Assembly (NCBI GenBank): GCA_963745075.1
Contig: CAVUWV010000031.1
Span: 128,001-192,000 of the forward strand
From: Candidatus Hydrogenedentota bacterium
GTDB lineage: Bacteria; Hydrogenedentota; Hydrogenedentia; Hydrogenedentales; SLHB01
DNA: 64,000 nucleotides
Direction of reading: 5' to 3'
Part shown: positions 29,873-38,299 of the stretch, piece by piece
Numbering within the stretch: the stretch's first letter is position 1
Layout: every line of letters starts with the position of its first letter
The notes under the pieces: generated by a model
Seen by the model: the letters and a program-made list of their open reading frames with translations, nothing else
Databases searched by the model: none
What the model was told of the DNA's origin: nothing
Made by a program: the position numbers and the translations under genes

Positions 29873-31078
29873 TTAACCGAGGAGGCTCGCCACGCGGTCG
29901 ATCAGTTTTTCCGCCAACTCGTCTTTGGTCATGGTGGGAAGTTCGTCTACGTTACCTTCGCGATCGACAAAGGCTGCGCTCGTGGTGTCCGTGCCGAAGC
30001 CCGAATCGGGGGTGTTCACTTGGTTCGCGACGATGAGGTCAAGGTTTTTCTTCTTCAGCTTCGCTTTGGCATTCTTGACGAGATCCTCGGTCTCGGCGGC
30101 AAATCCCACCACAATCTGTCGCGCCGTTCGCGCGGACCCCACCGCGCTCAGCACGTCGGGATTCTCCACCAAATCAAGTTGAAGTTTCTTACCGGTCTTC
30201 TTGCGTTTGCTTTCGGTCGGTGATTCGACCCGGTAGTCGCCCACCGCCGCGGCGGCGATAAACACGTCGCATTCGGGCGCGAGTTTCGCGACGGCTTGCG
30301 CCATTTCGGTGGCGGTTTCCACTGAAATAAGCCGGGCGTTGTGGGGCGCGGCGACTTCTGACGGTCCGCTGACAACGGTCACTTCCGCGCCCCGGGCGAG
30401 GGCCTCGATGGCGACGGCGCGGCCCATCTTGCCGGAGGAGCGGTTGCCAATGAAGCGAACGGGATCGATGGATTCGTGGGTGGCGCCGCTGGTGATCAGG
30501 ACGCGTTTCCCGGCGAGGTCCTTCTGTTCCCTCAGCAACGGGACACAGGCCTCGAGGATCGTCATGGGATCGATCAAGCGGCCGGGACCGACCGTACGGC
30601 ACGCGAGGCGTCCGGAATCGGGACCAACAAAATGCGCGCCGCGCACGCGAAGCGTCGCGATGTTCTGCTGGGTTGCGGGGTGCAGATACATGTTGGTATT
30701 CATCGCCGGCGCAAAAAGGAGCGGCGCCCGGGTCGCCAGCAGCGTGGTGGTCAGCCAGTCGTCGGCGATTCCGTGGGCGGCTTTCGCGATGATGTTGGCC
30801 GTGGCGGGGGCGATGAGGTAGAGATCGGCACGCTGGGCGACGGCGATGTGTTCGACTTCCGGATTCTGCATCGGTTCGAACATCGCGGTAATCGCCCGGC
30901 GCCCGGCGATCGCCTCGAACGTCGCAGGGCCCACCAGTTCGGTTGCCGACTTGGTGAGCACGGGGGTGACGCGGGCGCCCAGTTCCACCAAACGCGACGC
31001 CAGTTCGCAGGCTTTATAGGCCGCGATGGATCCGGTGACGCCGAGGACGATTTCCTTATTCGAGAAATTCCTCTTCAT
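29873..31078 (-). CDS. coaBC: Phosphopantothenoylcysteine decarboxylase/ligase
   Basis: GVTGSIAAYKA, APATAN, PAMN, DPVRFIGNRSSGKMG and GFAAET. Confidence 0.96.
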   Translation of the reverse strand: MKRNFSNKEIVLGVTGSIAAYKACELASRLVELGARVTPVLTKSATELVGPATFEAIAGRRAITAMFEPMQNPEVEHIAVAQRADLYLIAPATANIIAKAAHGIADDWLTTTLLATRAPLLFAPAMNTNMYLHPATQQNIATLRVRGAHFVGPDSGRLACRTVGPGRLIDPMTILEACVPLLREQKDLAGKRVLITSGATHESIDPVRFIGNRSSGKMGRAVAIEALARGAEVTVVSGPSEVAAPHNARLISVETATEMAQAVAKLAPECDVFIAAAAVGDYRVESPTESKRKKTGKKLQLDLVENPDVLSAVGSARTARQIVVGFAAETEDLVKNAKAKLKKKNLDLIVANQVNTPDSGFGTDTTSAAFVDREGNVDELPTMTKDELAEKLIDRVASLLG

Positions 31079-31277
31079 CCGTTCCGCCGATCCGGGCTTT
31101 GACCTTGCCCTGCAACACTTCTTCGAGGGCCACGATCGTCGGCTTCTTGGACCGCACGGGGACGAGCGGCCGCGAATCCGGCTTGGAGATCTGAGACGCA
31201 CGGCGCGCCGCCAGAATCACCAGCCGGTAGAGGCTGTCGATCTTGTCATCAAACTGTTCTACGGATATCTTGCTCAT
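31056..31277 (-). CDS. rpoZ: RNA polymerase omega subunit
   Basis: SLYRLVILAARRA...KPTIVALEE; gmk-rpoZ-coaBC synteny. Confidence 0.92.
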   Translation of the reverse strand: MSKISVEQFDDKIDSLYRLVILAARRASQISKPDSRPLVPVRSKKPTIVALEEVLQGKVKARIGGTDEEEFLE

Positions 31278-31335
31278 GGTTCCTCCAACTCAGGGTCTAT
31301 TGTCGTTCAATTGCGCCGGCCCACGCTTGGAGCGC

Positions 31336-31947
31336 TCAGGGCTGGCGATGGGCCCGGCATCGCTCCGCGCGAACGATTGCGGCTAAGTCCTGAACGGCTT
31401 CGTCCAGGTGCTCGTTCACGATGACGTAGTCGTATTCGCGCCGGGCGGCGATCTCCGCGTTTGCGTTGGCCAGACGCAATTCGATCACGTCCGGTTTATC
31501 CGTTCCGCGTTTCGTCAGGCGCCTTTCAAGTTCTTCCGGGGACGGCGCCATGACGAATACGCTGACCATATCCAGTCCGCGGGCTTTCAAGTTGCGCATG
31601 CCCTGCACGTCCAACTCGAGCACCGTGTCTTCTCCGGAGGCAGTGAGGCGCTCCAGCTCATCTTGCAGCGTGCCGTACAGGTTCCCGTGAACTTCGGCCC
31701 ACTCGACAAAGTCGCCCGTCGCGACCCGGCGCTCGAAGGCCTCCCGGTCCAGGAAGTAATAATCCACGCCTTCCACTTCACCGCTGCGTGGCGGCCGCGT
31801 CGTCGCAGAAACTGAATAGCCCAACCGGAGGTCCTTGTCGAAGACCCCTTTCAGGACGGTTCGTTTCCCGGCTCCCGAAGGGGCGGACAGCACGAAGACA
31901 ATGCCACGCCGCGCGGGCCCGGCGGTATTTTCTTGCGAGGGACTCAC
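31336..31947 (-). CDS. gmk: Guanylate kinase
   Basis: SAPSGAGK, SATTRPPR.GE..GVDYYF and YGT. Confidence 0.96.
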   Translation of the reverse strand: MSPSQENTAGPARRGIVFVLSAPSGAGKRTVLKGVFDKDLRLGYSVSATTRPPRSGEVEGVDYYFLDREAFERRVATGDFVEWAEVHGNLYGTLQDELERLTASGEDTVLELDVQGMRNLKARGLDMVSVFVMAPSPEELERRLTKRGTDKPDVIELRLANANAEIAARREYDYVIVNEHLDEAVQDLAAIVRAERCRAHRQP

Positions 31948-31956
31948 CGCTGCCGC

Positions 31957-32835
31957 TCACTCGATGTTTTGAATCTGCTCGCGGATCTTCTCCAACTCGG
32001 CTTTCAGATCCAGCACTTCTTTGGCAACGTTAGCGTCGCGCGTCTTGACGCCCAAGGTATTCACCTCGCGCTGAATCTCCTGGCTGAGAAAATCCAGGCG
32101 CCGGCCGATGGAGTCCTTCGACGAAAGGATTTCCTCCATGTGCTCGAGGTGGGTTTTGAAGCGCACCACTTCTTCGGTCACGTCACTCTTCTCGGCCATG
32201 AGCGCCACTTCGATGGCGATCCGTTCCTCGGTCAACCCGGCTTCCACGTTCAATTCATGGATGCGCGTGCGCAGACGGGTTTCGTAGGCCTCGTTCAATT
32301 CCGGCAGTCGCTCCTCGATAGAGGAAAGCGTCCCGCGCATGGACGCCAGCCGGCCTCGGATATCGTCTTCGAGGGCTTTCCCTTCGGTGCTGCGCATGGC
32401 GTCGAGCTTTTCCAGCGCGGCTTCGAGCACACCGACAAGCGTCGACTCGACGGCGTCGAGATCCTCTTCCGAGTCTTCCTGAAAGATTACGCCTTCCATC
32501 TGGACCAGCACATTGAGCGAAAGCGTTTCAAACGTGCCCAGTATGGCACTAAGTTGTTTTGCTGCTTCCAGATACTGGTTCGCCAACGCCTGGTCGAAAC
32601 GGATGGCCCGATTGGATGACTCTCCCCGGCGCCGGTTTACGGTAACGTTGATCTTTCCCCGCGCGATGTGTTTTCGAATGGTCTGTTTTATAACCGGGTC
32701 CAGCGCCGACCATGCGGGGGGCATCCGCAGGTTACAGTCCAGGTACCGGCCATTTACGGAACTTAACTCGACGGTAAGCATCTGTCCGTCGAATTCTCCC
32801 GTGGCCTTGCCGAAGCCGGTCATACTTCGTGACAT
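31957..32835 (-). CDS. yicC: YicC/YloC family endoribonuclease
   Basis: SMTGFG, SVNGRYLD, GRRLDFL.QE..RE.NT and IREQIQNIE. Confidence 0.93.
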   Translation of the reverse strand: MSRSMTGFGKATGEFDGQMLTVELSSVNGRYLDCNLRMPPAWSALDPVIKQTIRKHIARGKINVTVNRRRGESSNRAIRFDQALANQYLEAAKQLSAILGTFETLSLNVLVQMEGVIFQEDSEEDLDAVESTLVGVLEAALEKLDAMRSTEGKALEDDIRGRLASMRGTLSSIEERLPELNEAYETRLRTRIHELNVEAGLTEERIAIEVALMAEKSDVTEEVVRFKTHLEHMEEILSSKDSIGRRLDFLSQEIQREVNTLGVKTRDANVAKEVLDLKAELEKIREQIQNIE

Positions 32836-33004
32836 GAATTATCCCACTGTGATTTGGAAACTTAGAGAAAAAGCATCGAACCGGGAGTATAGCGTATTTT
32901 TGCCGGTTGCCGCAACTGGCGGTAACTGACGGCATGTAATTGCGCGGGCCCGAATCGATGTGCTATTCAATGACATCGGCCCATTTCCAAGGAGTAAAGT
33001 CCCA

Positions 33005-33769
33005 ATGACGTGCAAAACCGCCTATACCGGACGATCTGGAATCGTGCGGGAATCCCGCGTCCCTCGGCAGCGAAGACTTTTCAGTAGCCGTATCGCATTG
33101 GCTTCACTGGCCTTGTGCAGTGTTCTCAGGTGCGGCGGCGATTCGGGGGTGCAACTTGCAGGGTCAATGCCGGTGGAGCCTGGGACGGTTGAAACCGTCT
33201 CTATCACTCCGATCGAGCCGCCCGAGCCGGGCAACCTCATCCGAAACGGGGATTTCAAGGAATGGCAAGCGGGAACCTCGGCCCCCGACTATTTCATGGC
33301 GCCAGACGCCGGCCATGCGTACTCAACGCTGGAGCGTGCAACTGGACCGGACGGCGAGGAGACGGCCGTTAAGCAGACTTGGCAGACGAGCGACGCGTTG
33401 GACTCGTACACGAACGTGTTTCGCACCTGGGTGACAGGCCTGCGCCCAAACACGCGGTACGAGATGACGATTCGGGCGAACAACCCATCGCGAAACGATC
33501 TGCTCCTACGGGCGTTCCAATACAATGCGCGAAGCCCGGCCGAGGCGGAATTGATGACGGAGAAGCCGGAGGTACTGGGTGGGATTCCAATCGGCCACAC
33601 GGAAGGATTTACGGAGTCCAAATTTGCGTTCACCACAAACGACACGCGGGAGTTTTGCCTGCTGATCGCGGTGAAAAACAATGCACCTGAAGGGACGTTC
33701 CCGGCTTCGTGTGTCTGGGACGCGTGGCGCCTGGTAGAAGCGCCTGCCGTGGGACCGGACTCGCCATGA
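33005..33769 (+). CDS. Exported hypothetical protein with a possible carbohydrate-binding-like domain
   Basis: AAGGAG RBS, hydrophobic segment followed by Cys, NLIRNGDF motif. Confidence 0.55.
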   Translation: MTCKTAYTGRSGIVRESRVPRQRRLFSSRIALASLALCSVLRCGGDSGVQLAGSMPVEPGTVETVSITPIEPPEPGNLIRNGDFKEWQAGTSAPDYFMAPDAGHAYSTLERATGPDGEETAVKQTWQTSDALDSYTNVFRTWVTGLRPNTRYEMTIRANNPSRNDLLLRAFQYNARSPAEAELMTEKPEVLGGIPIGHTEGFTESKFAFTTNDTREFCLLIAVKNNAPEGTFPASCVWDAWRLVEAPAVGPDSP

Positions 33770-33794
33770 TGACGGCTGTGCCCGCTCGCGCGTC

Positions 33795-34889
33795 ATGAAA
33801 GTCGTTCTATTCAGCGATCGGCCTGAAAACTTCGCCGGAACCCGCAGCCGGGTATTGAAATTCGCGGAGATGCTCCGCGCGGAAGGACACCGGTGCACGG
33901 TATGCCTTCCCTTCGGCCACGCGCTACGTGCGCAACTGTACGACGGCCGTTCCAAGGTCTCCAAATTGCTCTATCTCGCCCTTGTTTTTCTGCTTCGCAT
34001 CGGGCAGTTGCGACACGTCCCGGGCGCCGATGTGGTGTTCTTCCGCGGGTTGGCATTTCCGTACGGGCCACCGGTTTTGGAGCGATGCGCCCGGCTGATG
34101 AACCGGCGAATCGTAGTGGATCTGGATGATGCCATATGGGAGCCCGCGGCGTATGTGGATAGTCCCTTCGCGCGCCTGGTCGACGCAGGCTGGACGCGCA
34201 AGATGTGCCGCATCTCCGCACACGTCATCGCAGGAAACGCCTATATTGCCACGTATACACGGCAATTCAACTCGAACGTGACCATTATCCCGACGTGCGT
34301 GGACATGGATACGCATAGGGCAAAACGGCTGAAGACGAACGATGCCGATCAGCCCGTCGTGCTGGGGTGGACCGGCCTGTATTCCAACCTCGGCTACCTG
34401 AACGCGATCGAGGAGCCGCTGCGCGCGTTGGCGAAGCGCCAGTCCATCACGCTGATGATTGCTTCCAACCGCGATTACACACTGGAAGGAGTGGACGTGG
34501 TCAATCACCGTTGGGTGCTGGAGAAGGAGATTGATTATCTCCAGGAACCGGATATCGGGCTTATGCCGCTGATCGATTCGGAGCGCGCGAAAGGCAAATG
34601 CGCGTACAAGGCGCTGGAGTTCATGTCGGTGGGGACCCCCTGCGTGATATCGCCGGTGGGTATGAACGCGGAAGTCATCGAAGACGGGGTCAACGGGTTC
34701 CTTGCATCGACACCGGCGGATTGGACGGAACGGCTGGAGCGCCTGATCGTCGATACGGATCTCCGCCACCGGATGGGCGAAGCGGCCCGAACCACGGTGC
34801 GGGAGCGCTATTCCCACGCGGTTCATTACCCCACGTTCAAGCGGGTCATGGAGACCGTCGCGGTCGGGCCGGGAGCCGGTCGATCGTGA
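33795..34889 (+). CDS. Glycosyltransferase family 4
   Basis: DLDDA, LGWTG, DIGLMPL...KCAYKALEFM and SPVGMN. Confidence 0.88.
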   Translation: MKVVLFSDRPENFAGTRSRVLKFAEMLRAEGHRCTVCLPFGHALRAQLYDGRSKVSKLLYLALVFLLRIGQLRHVPGADVVFFRGLAFPYGPPVLERCARLMNRRIVVDLDDAIWEPAAYVDSPFARLVDAGWTRKMCRISAHVIAGNAYIATYTRQFNSNVTIIPTCVDMDTHRAKRLKTNDADQPVVLGWTGLYSNLGYLNAIEEPLRALAKRQSITLMIASNRDYTLEGVDVVNHRWVLEKEIDYLQEPDIGLMPLIDSERAKGKCAYKALEFMSVGTPCVISPVGMNAEVIEDGVNGFLASTPADWTERLERLIVDTDLRHRMGEAARTTVRERYSHAVHYPTFKRVMETVAVGPGAGRS

Positions 34890-36115
34890 GCGGCGCGGAC
34901 TTCGCAGAGAACTGGGTCCAACTTCTGGAAGACTGGATCCGCAACCGCGGACTGGGAGGGTACGACCGCTTCGACGTGCGGGCTCATCCGCTCATTCGCG
35001 CGGCGCAACCGCGTCCCCTGGCGCGCAAGATCACCACCGGGCTGACGGACCTCTTCCCCACGCTTTCACGGCGCACGCTTGGGATTGCGCCGCAGCACAA
35101 CGCGAAGGCCTACGCGCTGGTCGCGCTGGGAAACCTGCGGCGGTATCAAACCACGGGCGAACAAGCGCACTTGGACACGGCGCGGAAGCATCTGCAATGG
35201 CTGCTGGACCATCCGAGTGAGGGCTACGCGGGAATCTGCTGGGGGTACCCTTTCGACGTGTTTGCGAAGGGGTTGGATACGCCCCGGCACACGCCGGTTG
35301 TGGTGGTGAGCGCCATCGCCGGCGAGGCGTTCACGCTGGCGTGGCAAATCACGCGGGACGAGACGTATCGCACGACGACGCGGTCGATCGCGCGTTTCAT
35401 GGAAGTCGATATCCCTCACCTGGACTGGACAGACGGCACGTACTGTTTTGCGTATACGCCCGGCGATCGGCGGCGCGTGCACAACGCCAGCCTTCACGCG
35501 GCCGGGCACCTCGTGCGGACCAGCGCCATCACGGGTGAAGCGGGCCTGCTGGAACTGGCACGGCCGGCCATCGAGTTTACCTTGAACGGCCAGCGGGACG
35601 ACGGTGCGTGGCCGTATGGGGTCCACGCGCCGGAGGACCCGTATGAGGCGAAACTGTTGTCGCTCGTGGATCATCACCATACAGGATTTGTGCTGCGTTC
35701 TCTTTTTGAGATCGATTCAATCCTCCATGATGCCCGAATTCGAGAAAGTGTTATTAAGGGATTTCAATTCTATCGCGAGCGGCTTTTCGACCGGGATGGG
35801 GCGCCCATCACCACCTATGGCCGATACCCTATCGACATCCATGCCTGTGCGGAGGGAATCCTGTGCCCGACTGTCCTGTCGGCGCGGGATGCTGAAGCGC
35901 TATCGATTGCAGAACGGACCATGCGTTGGACTCGGGCCAATCTGAGTCGACCCGATACGGGCGTTCCCTACTACCGGAAATACCCCCTGTTCACGTCGCG
36001 CCTGTATTGTCCGCGCTGGGGCCTGGCTTGGATCTACTACGCCCTCTGCGAGTATCTGTTTGTCGCGGACGCGCGACGAGCGTTGGATTCGTTCCCGAAG
36101 GTTTCACTACACTGA
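34886..36115 (+). CDS. Polysaccharide-cluster hypothetical protein (probable alpha/alpha-barrel)
   Basis: GTGA overlap with the GT4 stop; GYD.FD, CWGYPF, VHNA, DG.WPY and DHHHTG. Confidence 0.65.
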   Translation: MSGADFAENWVQLLEDWIRNRGLGGYDRFDVRAHPLIRAAQPRPLARKITTGLTDLFPTLSRRTLGIAPQHNAKAYALVALGNLRRYQTTGEQAHLDTARKHLQWLLDHPSEGYAGICWGYPFDVFAKGLDTPRHTPVVVVSAIAGEAFTLAWQITRDETYRTTTRSIARFMEVDIPHLDWTDGTYCFAYTPGDRRRVHNASLHAAGHLVRTSAITGEAGLLELARPAIEFTLNGQRDDGAWPYGVHAPEDPYEAKLLSLVDHHHTGFVLRSLFEIDSILHDARIRESVIKGFQFYRERLFDRDGAPITTYGRYPIDIHACAEGILCPTVLSARDAEALSIAERTMRWTRANLSRPDTGVPYYRKYPLFTSRLYCPRWGLAWIYYALCEYLFVADARRALDSFPKVSLH

Positions 36116-36134
36116 CCGCTCACGCGGGGGTTGA

Positions 36135-37001
36135 ATGGAATACGGCAGCAAACAATGGTTCGAGTATATGTTTTCGCGGGCGGCGCAGGGCGAGGACTTG
36201 TGGGGTCATCAGTGGCGCGCGATTCAGAAGTACCGCTACCTGCTCACGCTGTCGCTGGTGCGGGACCGGCTCGCCGAACGGGGCGGCCAGCGTATTCTCG
36301 ACGTGGGTTGCGGTCTGGGCGACTTTACCGCGTTGATGCATGGGCAGAATCCCGGGAACAACGTCTTCGGCACGGATATTGTGGAAACCGCGGTGGAGTC
36401 CGCGTCGCGGGCCCATCCCGAGATCCGGTTCTCTGTGGGTGTGTTGCCGGACATTCCGGTAGAGGGCCCGTTCGACGGAATCGCGGCGCTGGAGTGCATC
36501 AACTACCTGGACCCCGACGCACGTCAACAGACGATGCACAACGTTGCTGCGAAACTGACGGATGGCGGCTGGTTCCTGTTTTCCGGGCACTTAGGGCAAG
36601 ACTCGGGCGACCGGCGCTATTTCTCGGAAGCGGACGTGATCGCGTACCTCGAGGCTGCGGGTTTTCGCATCGAACAGAAGACGCACAACTACGCGGTGCT
36701 GTACAACAAGTTGGAATCCCCCTTTCTGCGCGTCATCAACCTTTCCGCTAAGCTCGATGCTGCGAAGAGAGGAACACCGCCCGATTCGCCCAGGATCGCG
36801 CGTATTGTGAAAGCGCTCTCCACGCCGGTAGCAGGCCCCGTGCTGCATGTTGCCGCACGGACTTCAGCCGCGCTATGCCGCGTATTCTTGAAAATTCTTC
36901 AACCTGTAGCGTTCATTCGACTCACTCAGAGAATCAGCCGCGGTTTGCTCGGGGACCGGGGTAAGTCACATGTCATCGTGCTTGGGGTCAAACGGTCATG
37001 A
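36135..37001 (+). CDS. Class I SAM-dependent methyltransferase
   Basis: ILDVGCGLG motif I. Confidence 0.85.
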   Translation: MEYGSKQWFEYMFSRAAQGEDLWGHQWRAIQKYRYLLTLSLVRDRLAERGGQRILDVGCGLGDFTALMHGQNPGNNVFGTDIVETAVESASRAHPEIRFSVGVLPDIPVEGPFDGIAALECINYLDPDARQQTMHNVAAKLTDGGWFLFSGHLGQDSGDRRYFSEADVIAYLEAAGFRIEQKTHNYAVLYNKLESPFLRVINLSAKLDAAKRGTPPDSPRIARIVKALSTPVAGPVLHVAARTSAALCRVFLKILQPVAFIRLTQRISRGLLGDRGKSHVIVLGVKRS

Positions 37002-37050
37002 CAATGCGCGAATGTCAAAGTCGCAAGGCGATCCATGAAGGATTGAAATC

Positions 37051-38202
37051 ATGGCGGCCAAGATAATCACGCTCCTCCACGATGACTGGGAGATCCGCGG
37101 GAACGGCCTGGGTAATGTGGCGCACCTGCAGTATGTCCCGGCCCTGGCGTTGATGCGGCTCGCGAAGGACACGGGCATTACGCTCACGTTCATGGCGGAG
37201 CTGGGGCAACAATTGGCGTTTCGCCGCTTCGCCGACCGGGACCGCAATCTGGGAATCCAGGCAACCTTATGGGAAGAATGTGTCGGCCTGATTGCGGCCG
37301 AAGGGTTTGATATCCAACCGCACATTCATCCCCATTGGTTCCGAAGCCGGTACGAAGCCGGGTTCATTCATGTTGACCGCAATTGGAACTTGGCGACGTA
37401 TGAAGACGACGAGCGGCGGACGATCCTCCACGAATCCTTTGCGTACCTGACTGAAACCGTGCAACGAGCGAATCCGGCCTATGAAATCAACACGTTCAAG
37501 GCGGGATCTCACGCACTGCAACCATCCCTGAATTTCCTCTCGGACTTGAAAGATGAGGGCATCCACGTCGTCATGGGTCCCCGGAAAGGGATGAAGACGT
37601 TAAACGCCGAGTTCGCGATCGATTATCGCACACTCGAGGAGGGCACGCTCCCCTACCACCCCGATTTCGAGGATGTCACCAAGGTTGGAGAGGATCGGGG
37701 CCTGATTGTCCTGCCGATGACATATTGGGATATGGATCTCGCGGGCAAGATGCACTTAATCATGCGCAGACTTTCGCCCCGTCTCCTTATGGCGGGAAGG
37801 CGGAACCGGTATCCCTACCACGGAGACGTACCGGATACCATTCGACGGTTGAATCCTCGCGTCGATCAAAGCGAATCGGCATTCGTGCGTAAACTTCTTA
37901 AACCGTATCGAACGGGGTTGAATCTGGCCGGACCGCAGACCTTCGGGGAGTTGAAGCACACGCTCGACGCAATGGTGGATCGCCTCCGGCGCACCGAGAC
38001 CGAATCGGCGCCGCTGGTTATCGAAAGTCACAGCAAGGATCATGAGGGCAACTGGGAAACGTTGAGGCGATTTTTTGCTTATATGGTGGAACGGTACAGT
38101 TCGATCATGGAATTCATGACGCTCACGCAGTTCAGCGCGCTCCTCGCCGCGCACCCGACGATGGCGCGTAGTGCGCCCGATTGGGGGCCTGGCCGTGATT
38201 AA
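37051..38202 (+). CDS. Polysaccharide deacetylase-like protein
   Basis: HDDWE, DIQPHIHPHW and FKAG motifs. Confidence 0.65.
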   Translation: MAAKIITLLHDDWEIRGNGLGNVAHLQYVPALALMRLAKDTGITLTFMAELGQQLAFRRFADRDRNLGIQATLWEECVGLIAAEGFDIQPHIHPHWFRSRYEAGFIHVDRNWNLATYEDDERRTILHESFAYLTETVQRANPAYEINTFKAGSHALQPSLNFLSDLKDEGIHVVMGPRKGMKTLNAEFAIDYRTLEEGTLPYHPDFEDVTKVGEDRGLIVLPMTYWDMDLAGKMHLIMRRLSPRLLMAGRRNRYPYHGDVPDTIRRLNPRVDQSESAFVRKLLKPYRTGLNLAGPQTFGELKHTLDAMVDRLRRTETESAPLVIESHSKDHEGNWETLRRFFAYMVERYSSIMEFMTLTQFSALLAAHPTMARSAPDWGPGRD

Positions 38203-38299
38203 AACGAGCGGCTGCGTTCTGCAAGCGAGTCCGTGGTGTATGCCATGATTCGGTTTTGCATGGGCTGTCGTGCGATAGTGGTGAGATTGGATTCTGAAC